Positions 1 to 13,544 of a stretch of DNA of 64,000 nt are shown here, one piece after another (the stretch's first letter is position 1; every line of letters begins with the position of its first letter). The stretch covers positions 1,302,001 to 1,366,000 of the forward strand of contig JBHGNT010000006.1 in the NCBI GenBank assembly GCA_043228905.1. Reading direction: 5' to 3'. Origin of the DNA: Azolla caroliniana (lineage: Eukaryota; Plantae; Polypodiophyta). A program made the position numbers and the translations under genes. A model generated the notes under the pieces. The model was not told where the DNA came from. It worked only from the letters and a program-made list of their open reading frames with translations, and did not search any database.

Positions 1-1047
1 TGGTGGCCATCGCACTGCAATTACCTTTTACTGTGATTAGTTCAACTTCTTCAATGGTCACCCAAGTGTTATACGACCCACTTGGGTAGATGCTTTTGGT
101 GAGTGTTGTTTTGATTACAATAATAACACAATACTCACATGCACTACAACATGGTTAGGCTACCGAAGGAAATACATTGTCAGCTCATATCACTATATAT
201 TTAGCACTTCCTTGAGCTTCCCATGTTCAACTAGTTACTTACCCTATTAACATAGTAGTCTTACCTCGATAGGATATAGAGTCCCAACAGATCTTGCATC
301 CGCCCCAAAGGGTTGTACACAAACACTTACAAACATCAATTTGTAACTCGCAAGTTTCAAATTTATGTGTCATTCATGCACATTGCTCATAATTTTGATT
401 GTTACACTAAGCAACTAAGAACAAGCGAATAAAGATGAGGGCATAGAGAGGAATGAAAAGGAGAAAATGTTATGTCTTTATAATTATAATTTTTGTTGTA
501 TAAGGATCATTGTTAGGAAAAACACACCTTTACACATCGATGTTTATATGTTTTGGGCAAGTTGCCATTGAGCCATAAGGTCACATCTTGATGAATGATC
601 ATGGTCTAGAGAGAGGGAGGGAGGGAGAGAACACTAGAGAGTTTATAATACATAACTCTAATCATGGATGGTGGTAGATATTAAAACATAGTTGGCATTC
701 TAAATCACTAGTTGTAGTAAAAGTCTTCATTTGGAGAGTTTTGATTGAGGCTCTAAAGCGACGTGGACTAGCAATGGGCAATTGCTTTTTTTGCACTATT
801 TAAAATGGAAGATCATTACACTCATCGTTACATACAATGTTTGATTACTTGTCAGATTTGGGCGTTATATTTCTTAAATGTGGCAAGTTTTATCACGTTG
901 TTATTTGATGTCTAAACAATCGGTGTTTGCACAATTTGCACAGCTTGACCGAAAATCAAATATGGAGATCGTTTTTCCTATTTATGAGGTATTGGGGATT
1001 GCGTTATAGTTGGGATATGCATAATGCTTTTGTATTTGATAATAGGC

Positions 1048-1243
1048 ATGGAGTGAAGCATATTGACAAAAGTCGAAGGCAGTACTAATGTGGTAATTTA
1101 CTTTATTGGAAGAAATGGAGTGAAAGCATATCTACTTGAAGGGACTACCAATGTGACAATTTTCTTTATTGGAAGAAGTGGAGTGAGGGCATATTTCCAA
1201 AAAGTTGAAGGGAGTACTAATGTGACAATTTTCTTTATTGGAA
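1048..1243. repeat. Degenerate tandem repeat, about 3 copies of a 63-69 bp unit
   Basis: Motif TGGAGTGA..GCATAT...GAAGG..GTACTAATGTGACAATTTTCTTTATTGGAA recurs three times. This explains the repetitive ORFs 1063..1323 and 1098..1304. Confidence 0.8.
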
Positions 1244-1471
1244 CTCGTGGGAATTGTTTCCTCAATAGAGTGTTCGACTTGCATATTGGCAATTCATGTT
1301 CCATGACACATGTAATTAGTTAGTAGGTGACAATACTCCATTCTCAGACTCATTGTATGTAGGGTTTTAGAGACACTAGTAATATAATTGTGGAGAGAGA
1401 GAGATAATTGCTTGTCTGCTCATATCTTCTTGGCTTTTTCTTATTTTTCTTTTGTTGTTGTTGTGAGGTAG

Positions 1472-2600
1472 ATAGGGGATAACGTGACCCAGGTGCGAGT
1501 CGGGCAACATGTGGTTCCATTCAGTGAGAGACCAAGGTTTGTGGCAAGAATACATTGTCCTCCCTGAGACATATGTGGTGCCCTGTCTCCATTATGAGCT
1601 TATAATCTATTTGGAGGAGCCACACGTCATCCTGACGTATATAAATTTGAGTAGTTCATTCTTTTAGATATCTAATCTAATAATGCAATGTGCAAACCAT
1701 CAACATTGTGAGGCGTAATGAAGCAAATTGAAGAGTTGAAAGCCTTGGGGGCCGATGAGGTGATCAACTCCAATGAAGGTGATGTGGTCGACAAGATTAG
1801 GAAAATAACTAGAGGGAGCTTTGGCATATGGAGCAATTGACTGTGTAGGCGGAGAATTGACAAAGGTAAACGCATGAATGGGTTGATTGTGTACCCTTGA
1901 TCATATATTTAAGGGAAAAGTACCAGGATACCCCTGGAAGTTCGTCTATTTACTAGAATGCCCCTGGAAGTTCCAAATTTACCAAACTACCCCTATGTCC
2001 AAAAAATTACACTTTATAAAGTAATTATACACTCAAATTTACAAGCGCTATTTACCAAAGATGGAAGAAATGGACCCGAAGTAGCCCTATTTACCAAAGA
2101 TTTGAGTGTATAATTACTTTATAAAGTGTCATTTTTTGGACATAGGGGTAGTTTGGTAAATTTTAAACTTCCAGGGGCATTCTGGTAAATAGACGAACTT
2201 CCAGGGGTATCCTGGTACTTTTCCCTATATTTAATGCTAAACATAAATGCAATGTGACAATATAAAGGGTAGAGTGTGTTGATGTTTGTTAATACCAGAG
2301 ATAAAAGTGTGCCCAATGTTGGCTTATGCTTGTCACTACATTAGTTATTGAATCGGTCCAAGAGACGATGGTACCTCTTTCTTTCTTCACTGAATGCAGA
2401 TATTGGAATATTTGACCTACTATTTTGTGGTGTCAAGCTCCACGGGTTCTTCTTGGGCACATATCTGGCTCAACTCTCCCCTGGTGAAACTATTGATTTA
2501 GTTGGTCACACCATTAGCCTTTTAAGTGAGAGGGTGATAGATCCATTGATAGGAGTGAAATACAGCTTAGATCAGGTCAAAGATGCAATTAAGAAATGCC
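1472..2600 (+). pseudogene. MDR-superfamily oxidoreductase pseudogene (enoyl-reductase/ETR-like)
   Basis: Collinear fragments: IGDNVTQVRVGQHVVP and GLWQEYIVLPE (about 1472-1583); TINIVRR / QIEELKALGADEVINSNEGDVVDKIRKITRG / AYGAIDCVGGELTK (about 1693-1865, ending at donor AAG|GT 1866); GVKLHGFFL...VKYSLDQVKDAIKK (ORF 2348..2665). Several frameshifts. Confidence 0.7.
1913..2225. mobile_element. Mutator-type (MULE) MITE
   Basis: Near-perfect terminal inverted repeats (TIRs) of about 125 bp (GGGAAAAGTACCAGG... / ...CCTGGTACTTTTCCC). 9-bp TSD TATATTTAA at 1904-1912 and 2226-2234. No coding capacity. Confidence 0.93.
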
Positions 2601-4096
2601 TGGTTACACGTTGCCTCGCAATCCTCATGTCTCAAAACACTTTGTGTTTTCCTGAATTTTTCTAGTAATAAAATTGTGTTTGTTGGATGCACGAACTGCA
2701 TCGTGATGGAAAAGTGCTCTTGCGGAGCGATTAAAGAATAGGAACTATTAGAAAATCCATGATAGAATACTCTCAAGTTAAAAGTAGTTGTCAACATCGT
2801 TTATTGCACCATAACTTAATTTACTGCGAAATTTGAATCTTGAGCGTATTTTTGTTTATGTAGAACTTTCCTCTGTAGATTCTCTTGAACTTTAAGACTT
2901 ATTGTTGCTAATCACAAGAAAAACTATACCAAAGAACATACCTATGGTTGCAAAACACACGTCAATAGATGTAATCTTGATCGTCCTTTAATTTGTTCCA
3001 CATTAACCTTGATAACAATATATTGACGTAGGTGTGACAATATCTAAACTCATTGCCAGATCATTGTGATTAATTCGAAAATGTTACAATTTATTGATAA
3101 GCCATACAAGTATATAGAATGCAAAGGTTATAAGGAATTATTATTGAAAGTTTTGCATAATTCCTCTAGTTATATATGATTTTTTATGTATGAATGGATA
3201 GGAAACCATCCTACTGGTTGGATTGCTTCTTCTATATTTGAATTATCGCATGTAAGCCCTTCAAGGCATCCAGAATTTTTTTGTTATGGAATATGAAAAA
3301 TCAAACCACGTAAACGCTTGACACAATGTTTAACCTTTGTTTTTGGCCTCACATAGGTCATCCTCTTATTGCACTTGATTAATCTAATATTGTGTAACAA
3401 GCTTGTTGAATAATTAGTTGCTTATTAAAGAATAATTAATTACATGCTTCCATTGTACTTATGAAATTTATTAGATGTTGAGAATCAAGCTCAACATAGT
3501 GCAACGTGTGAACACACCTTTTGAGAATCCGTGATTACTTAAAGGTCAAGAGTCACACCACTACTCTCTACACATTAACTATGTGTCATAGAATCATATT
3601 CTATGACACATAACTAATGAGTTACATATTCCCCATAATTATGAGTCTTCCCATTCCCCAAGAGAAAGAGCGGTTGTTGTAAAGTTAATGAAGAGAGAGG
3701 GTGACTCTATATAAAGCACCCTCTTTATACTTTATACTAAGTAGGTTGTGACTCCTTATTATGCTACATTGAGTAATTCTTATTCTACTTATGAAATATA
3801 CATCTTCTTCTTCTTGAGTATTCTATTTATCTATCTTGTGTTCTCTTCTCTTCTCTATTCTTCTCTCACACATACACATACACACACATATCTATTCCGT
3901 TGCACAAGAATAACCATCGATTCGTTACATGGTATAAGAGCGATTTGCTAGATCAATCTAACCCACTCGCCTCATCGTGATCGTGTGTTGTGCTCTACGC
4001 CAACGTTCAAAAAGAACTGGCTTATCGCTATTGTAGTACCAGTACATAGCTCGTGTTCGAGAGAGAAGGAAAACAAGAAAGGAAGCTTAATCGACA

Positions 4097-5958
4097 ATGA
4101 ATACTAAAATGGGGAGCGCTCTCCCTAGCGAGAAGTTGGACCGAAACAACTTCGCATCTTGGGAGTACAAGATGCACCAATACCTTGTCGGCCAAGGCTA
4201 TTGGGGTTACATCAAAGGAGCACAAGAAAACCGACACAAGCCAGAAGACACAGATTATGCAACGTGGGAGTAAGCGGAAGGTCGAGTGATGTATTGCTTA
4301 GCGACATGTGTTCATGACCACATGCTCGGGTACATTCGAGAAGCCGAGACTCCGAAGGAAGCATGGGAGAATCTACGAAAGATTTTCGCCGCAAACACTA
4401 CCGTGAGAAACCTTCAACTCCGCCAAGAGTTGAACAACATTCAACAAATGGATATGTCCATCACAAGCTACACCTTGAAGATCAAGGAGCTTTGCGACTC
4501 GCTTGGCTCAATAAACGTCAATGTGGACGATTATGAGATGGTGCAAATATGCCTCAATGGCCTTGCACCACGATTCGGCGCAATGCGGACCGTCGTACTA
4601 GCACGGGAGAATCCACCCTCCTTCGATCTTCAATCCGTCGTACTACCACGGGAGCATGTTCCAACGAGGAGCAACGCCTCGGAAGGCCACATGCTCTACA
4701 CGCATTCGGACACAGGAAGAGGATGCGGTCGTGCAAGAAGAGGCCGATTCGGCCAAGGACGAGGCGGACGAGGCTCGAGTTACAAAAACAACTCGCAATT
4801 TCGGCATCAAGATGGAAGCCATCGAGGAACCTTCGAAAGAAGGGGGAGCTTCCATTCTAGTCCGATCCGACAAGGCTCAGTCGAATGCGAATATTGCGGA
4901 AAAATCGGACACCACGAAGAAGAATGTCGTAAGAAGATACGCGAGTCGGCTTCCACTAGCCGACAACTCACCAACTACGCCATCAACTCCGACTATGACG
5001 ATCGCAGCGGAATGTTCGTGATGAGACATAGAGCGAATTCTATGTCGGCCTCTACTTTTACTAGTGCCTCCGGTTCGAAAGACGTATGGTTCGTCGATTT
5101 CGGTGCCTCGAACTATAAGACGTCGCATCAAGAATGGTTCTGAGAACTTCGAGAGCCGAACCGACCCGGCTATGTCGAAACCGGAGATGACACTACGCAC
5201 CGATTTAGCACATTGGCAATGTTCCGTTCGGAGAAGAAGGTAAGCAAACTTACATTAAAAATGTCTTGCATGTACCAACTATCACGAAGAATTTGGTTTC
5301 CGTCATCCAAATTGTAGAGCAAGGAATGCAAATTTTATTTAATCAAGGCGGTTGCTTCATTAGAAAAGAGGGCCGACTCATGGCTCACGGACAAAGAGAG
5401 GGTTGAATGTTCATTCTCGACTCACACAAGATGAAATCGGCCATGTTCGAAAAGGGCATTAAAGTCGATTCGGACATAGAGTTATGGCACAAACGGATTG
5501 GCCATATCAACTTCCAAAACCTCAAGGCAATGCAATCGAAAGGAGTCATCATCGAGCTCCCGACATGCACGGAGAAAGAGATTGAAGGCGTGTGTGTCGC
5601 TTGCCAATTCAGCAAGCAACATCGACACCCATTTCCGAAGGAGCGGAACGTGAGCAAAGGCGTACTCGACGTAATTCATTCCGATGTATGGGGTCCGGTT
5701 CAGATGGCTACATTCGGCGGATGTCGATACTATGTGGCTTTCATCGACGACCTCTCCAGGCACACCTGGATCTACCCCATGCGACAAAAGAGCGAAGTGT
5801 TCGGATACTTCCAAAAATTTAAGAATGAAGGCGAGAAAGCCACGGGCCAACATGTACGATGTCTTCGGTCGGATAGAGGCAAGGAGTACATCTCTAACGA
5901 ATTTTTGGCATTTCTACGGAAAGAAGGAATACGGCGAGAGTTTTCCTGTTGACATACG
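4097..5958 (+). pseudogene. Copia A gag / protease / integrase N-half (disrupted)
   Basis: MGSALPSEKLDRNNFASWEYKM; zinc knuckle CEYCGKIGHHEEEC; protease WFVDFGAS; WHKRIGH...CVACQ; HSDVWGP; LRSDRGKEY. Stops and frameshifts. Cut by element B. Confidence 0.9.
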
Positions 5959-6290
5959 TGTTGAATACGAGTGTATAATGGCCATATTCACACTGTCCCT
6001 TTGGACAGCCCAAGTTTGGGCTATTTCTGTAAATAGCATAAAGGGCAGTTGCCCTAGGACAGTCACTATATAAAGTGACTTTGTAACCTTTAGAAAAAGT
6101 TGTTGTTGTTCGTTGTAATTTGTAATTGTTGCTTGAGAAATATAACATTTCTTTGTAACTATCTCTCTCTCTGTCTCTCTGTGTCTATCTTGCTCATGCG
6201 CATACACAGGTTCTTCTTCATCACAAATGTTGCTTGCACTTCCGCATTGATGGCCTTGTCCCCAACATTTGGTATCAGAACGAGGTTTTC

Positions 6291-7083
6291 CCCGAAACTG
6301 AGATCGGTGAGGTGTCATATGATACGATGTGCCCGAGTCCAGGAGCCATGTGCTCGATTCCTCAGTCGTAAGCAGAACTTCTGATTCGACTGGGTTCTCT
6401 ATGGACAATATGTTCGGGTCAATCGTTAAAATTTCGGCTGAAGAGTCGACGTAATTGACCTCCTCATGCCGGCTACTCTTCTGATCCGCTCTCAGCGCTT
6501 TGTCGGTTTTTGCTTTGAGTGCCTGGCAGTCGGCTTTGATGTGTCCCGGTTTCTTGCAGTAGGTGCAGATTCGGTTGTCCCGGGACTTGCATCGGCTTCG
6601 CTGATTGTTCGGTGGTCGAGAAGAACTTCTTCCCCGGTTGTTTGGTCGGTTGGTCGAACCTTGTACTACGTAAGCTTCATCTACCGAGTCTTTGGCGAAA
6701 GACTTTCTCCGAGCTCAGTCAGGATTGCGCTCGTGACTTCGGAGTACTTAACGGCAGATGTTGAAGCATTGCACATGGTTGTAACGAAAGTTTCCCATGA
6801 AGAGGGGAGACTACGAATGAGTATCATTGCTCTGAGTTCATCCTCTATTTCCGTACCCTGAGACGAGATTTGGGAGCTTATGCTTTTGTACTCGTTGAGG
6901 TGTGCCTGAACCGAATCGGATTCTTTCATCCGCAAGTTGTAGAGGCGTCGGATCAGATACATCTTCGTTACGGCAACCTTCTTTTCATAAGTTTCCGATA
7001 GTGTTTTCCAAAGTTTCCGATGAGCATGATTCCACTGTAAAGTACACTAACTCCGACAAGTGCATCCAAATCGTGGCGCGAAT
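6291..7083 (-). pseudogene. Inverted gag-protease segment of copia B
   Basis: Minus strand reads IRATIWMHLS...YLIRRLYNLRMKESDSVQAHLNE...RSLPSSWETFVTT (copia gag) and then TWLLDSGTSYHMTPHRSQF (protease). This is opposite to B's PBS, PPT and pol. Confidence 0.85.
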
Positions 7084-7180
7084 GACTTGGACACCTCAAC
7101 AAGGCCGACATAACGCACCTATCTAGAGCCGATTACATCCCCAAACTCTCCTTCTCAGATCACCAATTCTGCGCACATTT

Positions 7181-7377
7181 CCAGTACGACAAACATGTAG
7201 CAGCATCACACCCAACATAAGCACCAAGAGAATCGAGTCCCCTCGATTTGGTCCACTCGGACGTTTGTGGCCCGATGCCAGTACGACAAACATGTAGCCG
7301 CATCACACCCAACATAAGCACCAAGAGAATCGAGTCCCCTCGATTTGGTCCACTCGAACGTCTGTGGCCCGATGCCA
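7181..7377 (+). repeat. 97-bp tandem duplication in the integrase of B
   Basis: 7181-7277 is repeated at 7278-7374 with a few substitutions, and CCA microhomology lies at the junctions. Confidence 0.9.
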
Positions 7378-10289
7378 CATTAGTCTCTCGACAATGCTTC
7401 GTACTTCGTCATTTTTATTGACGACTCGACTCGGAAGGTGTGGGCTTACCCCATCAGAACCAAAGATCGAGTGTTCTTGATCTTCTCCGAATGACTTGCA
7501 ATGGTCGAAAACCAGACTGGTCGGAAACTAAAATGTCTTCGAACCGATAATGGAGGAGAATTCAAGTCTGACGAATTCGTCAAATTTTGCCGGTAACGCG
7601 GCATTCAACATGAATATACGACACCTTATAGTCCGGAGAAGAATAGAATTGCAGAACGCATGAATCGGACGATTCAAGAACACGTAGTATCCATGTTCTA
7701 ACACTCTGGACTGACGGATGGCTTCTAGGCAGAGGCTCTACTTACGGTAGTACACATCATAAATATGTCGCCAAGTAGACCTCTAGGACTTCAAATACCT
7801 CAGGAAATATGGACCGGCAGTAAGCCGAATTATGACAAGTTGAGGATCTTCGGCTCCAAGGCATACGCCCTCATATCGAACGACGATCGTTGGAAACTCG
7901 AACCAAGATCAAGGAAATGCGTTTTCCTTGGGTATGGACCCGACGGCGAGATCGGATACCGACCCTAGGACCCCGAGCACAGACAAATCGTTTGAAGTTC
8001 GGACGTCGTGTTCAATGAGTCGGCTATGCATAAAATGGCCGAAAGGCCTATTGAAGTCCGAAGGGTAATATTTTCTGAAGTGCCAACCCTTCATGACGGC
8101 CCAACCCACAACATGAGATCGGTTTCACGGGTAACGGACAACACCCGCACCGACCGAATCCACCGATTCGGCACCGCCGAATGGCTCGGCTCCCGACCAT
8201 CCGAAATTGACACCCGGTGCGGCCAGTTCAATCATACCTCGTAGATGTGAGAGACTATTGCAACCTCCGGAGAGGTACCCTCCCGGAATTTTCTTCACCG
8301 ACGCCGGTGAACCGATGTCTTACAAAGAAGCATCAGCATCTGCCGATTCCGCCACATGGCATCTGGTGATGGAGTCGGAAATGCACTCCATTCGGGCAAA
8401 CAAGACTTGGGACTTAGTCGAATTACCGGAGAACCGATGTGCTCTTCCATGTAAGTGGGTCTATCAACTAAAAGAGACATCTGACTCGACCAACCCAAAG
8501 TATAAGGTTAGATTAGTAGCAAACGGATTTAGACAAGTATATGGCGTCGACTTCGACGAAATGTTTTCACTAATGGTGAAAATGACGACCCTTCGTTTCA
8601 TGCTCGACGTCGTGGCCGCCGATAACTTGGAGCTGATTCAACTAGATGTAAAAACAGCATTCCTCCACGGTGACCTATAGGAGGAAATCTATATGGAGCA
8701 GCCGAAAGGCTTTGTGGCATCTGGCTAGGAACCTCTAGTCTGCCAACTCAGGAAGAGTCTCTACGGCTTGAAACAGGCACCCTTACAGTTGTACAAGAAG
8801 TTCAACGACTTCATCCAATCACCTACGTGGACGACATGCTACTCTCCGGTCAACATACCAAAGAGCTCACCGAATTCGTTCGGAAACTGCGGTTGAAGTT
8901 TACCATGAAGGACCTCGGTCCGGCAAGACACATACTCAGTATGAAGATTAGTCGGCATCGCGATACACGACAACTTTCCTTGTCTCAAACCGACTACATC
9001 GGACGTGTCTTGGAACGCTTCAAAATGTTATCGGCCAAGTCTGCTTCGATCCCACTCCCCACTAACCTTCGGCTATCTCAGCGAGACTGCCCGACATCCG
9101 GTCCGGAGCGGGAAGATATGAAGTCGGTACCGTATGCATCGGCAGTCAGCTCCCTCATGTACGCGATGGTCGCGACACGGCCTGATATTTCTCACGCCGT
9201 AGGAGTCATCATCAGATTCATGCACAACCCCAGCCGATCGATTGCACTGGAACACAGTCAAGCATGTGTTCAGATATTTAGCTGGCACAAAAGACCACGG
9301 CATTCTTTTCGGCCCGAACTCAACCTTAGGCATAGTCGGTTACATCGACTCGAACTTCGCCGGTTGTGCGGACAGTCGGAAATCAACAACCTGATACTGT
9401 TTCAAATTTGGCAATGGAGCAATCTCGTGGAAGACAAAACTTCAGGAGTGCACAACCATCTCAACAACCGAAGCGGAATATGTAGTTACGTCCAACGCGG
9501 CAAAAGAAGCTTTATGGCTTGATCGGTTGGTGCACACGTTTCGACAGGTCAACTCTGACACGGCTCCATTTGTCTATAGTAACAGTCAGGGTGTTGTTGC
9601 TTTGTCAAAGAATCCGGTTCACTTCGTTTAGGACTGTGTCATTTCAGGGAAAATCGATCTCGAGAAAATATCCACAACCGATAATGTCGCAAATGGAATG
9701 ACCGAGTGTCTTTCGGCGGATCGTTTCCGGTCCCTTCGGCACGAGATGGGCGTAACGAAAAATCGGTCCGGTTAAAGTCGGACACACAGCACAGCATAGT
9801 TTCGAACCACCGACATCAGTTCTTTGAGGATTGGCTTCAACTCTTCCGACCCGACCGGTTCGGTCTCCTGTCTTCGGATCTTGCCGACTCTAACAAAACT
9901 GATTTGTTTGATAAACCTTGTATATACCTATAAATTTTTTTTTGATAACCCATGTATACGCCCATTACGGGGGAGTGTCGAATACGAGTGTATAATGGCC
10001 GTATTCACACTGTCCCTTTGGACAACCCAAGTTTGGGCTATTTCTGTAAATAGCATAAAGGGCAGTTGCCCTAGGATAGTCACTATATAAAGCGACGTTG
10101 TAACCTTCAGAAACAGTTGTTGTTGTTGTTTGTAATTTGTAAATGTTCCTTGAGAAATATAACATTTCTTTGTGCCTATCCCTCTCTCTGTCTCTATGTG
10201 TCTATCTTGCTCATGCGCATACACAGGTTCTTCTTCATCACGAATGTTGCTTGCACTTCCGCATTGACGGCCTTGTCCCCAACAATACG

Positions 10290-11087
10290 CCACAACAAAA
10301 CGGTGTGGCCGAACGCAAGAATCGGCACATCCTTCAAGTGGCACGGGTTATGCTTAACGAAAAGCACATGCCGAAATCGTATTAGGCGGAAGCAACTAAC
10401 ACGGTCGTCTATCTCATGAATCGGTGTACAACATCGGGTGTGCACGAACTTACTCCGCACGAGAAGTTCTTCGAAAAGAGGCCGAACCTATCGTATGTTC
10501 GTATATTCGGCTCCATTGCCTACGTGCACATCCCCGACAAGAAGCGTCAAAAGCTTGACCCGAAGTCAGAGAAATGTATCCTCGTAGGATACTCACTAGA
10601 GCAAAAGGGGTACAAGTGCTACAACCCATCAACTCGAAAATCTCGAGTAAGTCAAGACGTCGTTTTCGATGAGTTTGCATCCTGGTACACACAAGAGACA
10701 ACTTAGACTTCGATTCGGCTCGACCCGGATGCCACCTAAATAGAGATAGAAGTCGAAGATCGACTCATGCGCATGTTCGATGAAAGCCCAATTACGACAT
10801 GGCTTACTGGGCCACAAGAGCCCCCGAGCGATCAAAGCACATCTCGGCCGACTCCGAAGATGGACAAAGGGAAGGCGAAAATGCCGGAGTATGAAGACGA
10901 TCACTTTGACGGCAACGAATCACTTCACTCCCTCGATAGTGAATTTGAAGGCCTTGAGATCTGGACAAATGGAGCGGAGAAAGCCGTAGTATCCACAAAC
11001 GAGAAGCTCCGCTGATCCACCCTTGAAAAGAACCCCGTAAGCCGATTTGGCCATTACGCCTTTATGATGAAGGTAGCGACAGTACGG
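10290..11087 (+). pseudogene. Copia A integrase C-half
   Basis: [12 protein letters not shown]...RIFGSIAYVHIPDKKRQKLDPKSEKCILVGY resumes directly after the TSD of B. Confidence 0.88.
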
Positions 11088-13544
11088 TGTCGCGTTGTTA
11101 CGCGCGTGCGTGTAGAACGAGGTGGGACCACCGTGGTCTTGGACCGAGAAATAGCTAAGAAGGAGGGGAATGGGAAGGCAACAGACGCACTTGCACACGA
11201 ACGGACGTGAGGCACACAGGAATCACAGTGCATCAACACAACAAAAAGAGACGACTAGAAGTCCAAGTATATGAACACGTATGTATATTAATTTGTATGT
11301 GTATATCAAGACGGTTACAACTAATAGGCCGGCAAGGCGAACACCGACGCCTGTTCACTCACACATAGAAGAGCGAGATGGAGACTCTGCCGGAAGCACA
11401 TGGGCGTTCCACGAAGCAGAGTCAGCCTCCCGAAAACCTACGCCCCGCGAATACAGAGCAAGGAGGAGAAGAGCTCGGTCCCAGTCCGACAGCACTTCCT
11501 CCTCCCCAAAAAGCGATCCCTTTTTCATTCCTCTCCCTCTCTTTTATAGCCCAAGGAGGGAGGTCGTTATCATTCATTACATCATATTAATTCTCTGTCC
11601 TTTTGGACAGAGATACACCTTGATTCTCTCCTTATTGAATGCGTGCTACCTAGGATCTCACCTCAGCCGACTTGTACCCAGCTACTTACTATACAACGAA
11701 AGTGCGCTCGCGTGTAAGGGCCGGTTTATACACGATAAACCCGGTTTTCGCCTAGGGACGGATTTCTTCACGACATCCGCCCCCACCTAACCGCGCATCC
11801 ACCGGTATGCGCCAAAATTGGGCTCTTGCCGGAGAAAACCGGTCCATGCTTTACTCCTCGCCTTTCGGGACGTCATCTGCCTCGGACCGTCCGTCGTCGC
11901 CGTCCATGCTTTCCAGATCCGGCTCGCACTCGTGTCATTTCTTAAATGCTTTGACCCTCTTCCCCGCTACCGGTATTGCCATCCTCATACCGTTGAGCTC
12001 CGCAAGATGGTAGGTCTTGTTGTCATTGGCGCCTGTCACCGCGTAAGGCCCGAACCACCTCTTTGCAAACTTCCTCGATTGGTGTTGGTTGATGAGGCTG
12101 TTGTCATACACTAGGACCCAGTCGCCTTCCTCGATTTTCTTCGGTCGCAGTCGGTGAGTCCGGTCAAATCGCCCTTTCTTCTTCAACCTTGCCAACCGAA
12201 GCTTCTCCGCGGCTCTTTCCACGTCCTCCAGCCTCCGCTTGAACTGTCGAATCCGTGCCGCCAGCACCTCCTCTCGGCTCATCTCATCTCTCCAGTCCAC
12301 CGTGGCCCATGAGGAGATCGTCTCCTCCGTCGGCATGATCGGCTTATGTCCTTACATAAGCTCTGCCGGCATGAACCCGGTTACCGAATTGTGTGTAGTT
12401 CGGTCCGCCCATAAGGCATAAGGTAGCAGTCGTGGCCAGTTCCTGACTTGGCCCCCGCAAGCCCGTACTAGCGCTTTGACTACTGGCCCATGTCCGCGCT
12501 CCACCTTCCCGTTAGCCTCCAGATTGTACGTTGTGGTGAGCGAGAGTTTGACCCCTAGCCTGTCAAACAACTCTTCGGCCTCTTGAACGTCCAACTCTCC
12601 GCGGTCAGCCACGATCTTCCCTACGCTCCCGTACCAACATATCACGTCCTCGATCAGGAACCGGCACACAGCTGCAGTCGTTTTGTTCTGCAGTGCTCGG
12701 CCTTCAACCTGGTTCGTCAGGTCCTCTTGAGCCAGCACCAGATACCGCATCTGTCCTACCCCCATCGGCATTGTCACCAAATCCACCATCCATTTGAAGT
12801 GGACGGTCGGCGGGTAAGTTGGGTGGAGCTCGTCCCGGTGTCGGACTATGGAGTGCATCTGACAGCTTTCGCAAGTTGTCACGAACCGGCCACCAGAACT
12901 TTCCCTTTAGCTTCTCAAACGTGGCCCATGTCCCACGGTGTCCGGCCCAGGGACTCTCGTGGTATGCCAACAGTAACTCTTCCTGCTCCTCTTTCTTTGC
13001 CACCACTCGAAGCGGGATGTCGTCCCTTTTCTTCGGGTGCTTCCATATGTACCCGTCTCGTAGGAAGAATCGGTACGCTTTCTTCCGGATCTTGTTGGTC
13101 TCTTCCTTCGTCCACACCGCGTCCAGTGTCATTGTTCTTAGGAACTCGTCGATCTGGAGCCACTCCCCGTCATACTTGCTCTCGTCGAAGTAGTTAAGCG
13201 CCGGAGTGCTTCCCTTTCCGGTTGTTACGTAAGCCACCTCGAAGAAGTCTACACCGACTTCCTCGTCCTCCTCCCCAAAAAGCGATCCCTTTTTCATTCC
13301 TCTCCCTCTCTTTTATAGCCCAAGGAGGGAGGCCGTTATCATTCATTACATCATATTAATTCTCTGTCCTTTCGGACAGAGATACACCTTGATTCTCTCC
13401 TTATTGAATGCGTGCTACCTAGAATCTCACCTCAACCAACTTGTACCTAGCTACTTACTATACAACGAAAGTGCACTCGCGTGGAAGGACCGGTTTATAC
13501 ATGATAAACCCGGTTTCCGCCTAGGAACGGTTTTCTTCACGGCA
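11088..13544 (-). mobile_element. Ty3/gypsy LTR retrotransposon C (internally deleted) nested in A
   Basis: Complete LTR 11088-11775 (TGTCG...CGACA) with a purine tract on the minus strand at about 11776-11787. Partial LTR 13266-13544 matches 11497-11775. 4-bp TSD ACGG (11084-11087 / 13545-13548). Gypsy-type integrase: HESPWAGH...CESCQ, WMVDLV, NGKVERGH, KRWFGPY. Confidence 0.9.
11935..13260 (-). pseudogene. Gypsy C integrase (zinc finger, core and GPY/F motif; no chromodomain seen)
   Basis: ORFs 12704..13297, 12352..12882 and 11935..12336 join into one integrase, broken by a frameshift and stops. Confidence 0.85.

Larger units (their letters stand above)
5959..10284 (+). mobile_element. Ty1/copia LTR retrotransposon B nested in the integrase of A
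   Basis: LTRs 5959-6267 and 9976-10284 (309 bp each). TSD ATACG (5954-5958 / 10285-10289). PBS 6270-6281; PPT about 9967-9975. Decayed INT-RT-RH on + from about 7084 to 9750. Confidence 0.95.

Noticed and set aside
11281-11790. 169-aa ORF as an extra gene of gypsy C
   Set aside because: It lies essentially within the LTR and is antisense to the element.
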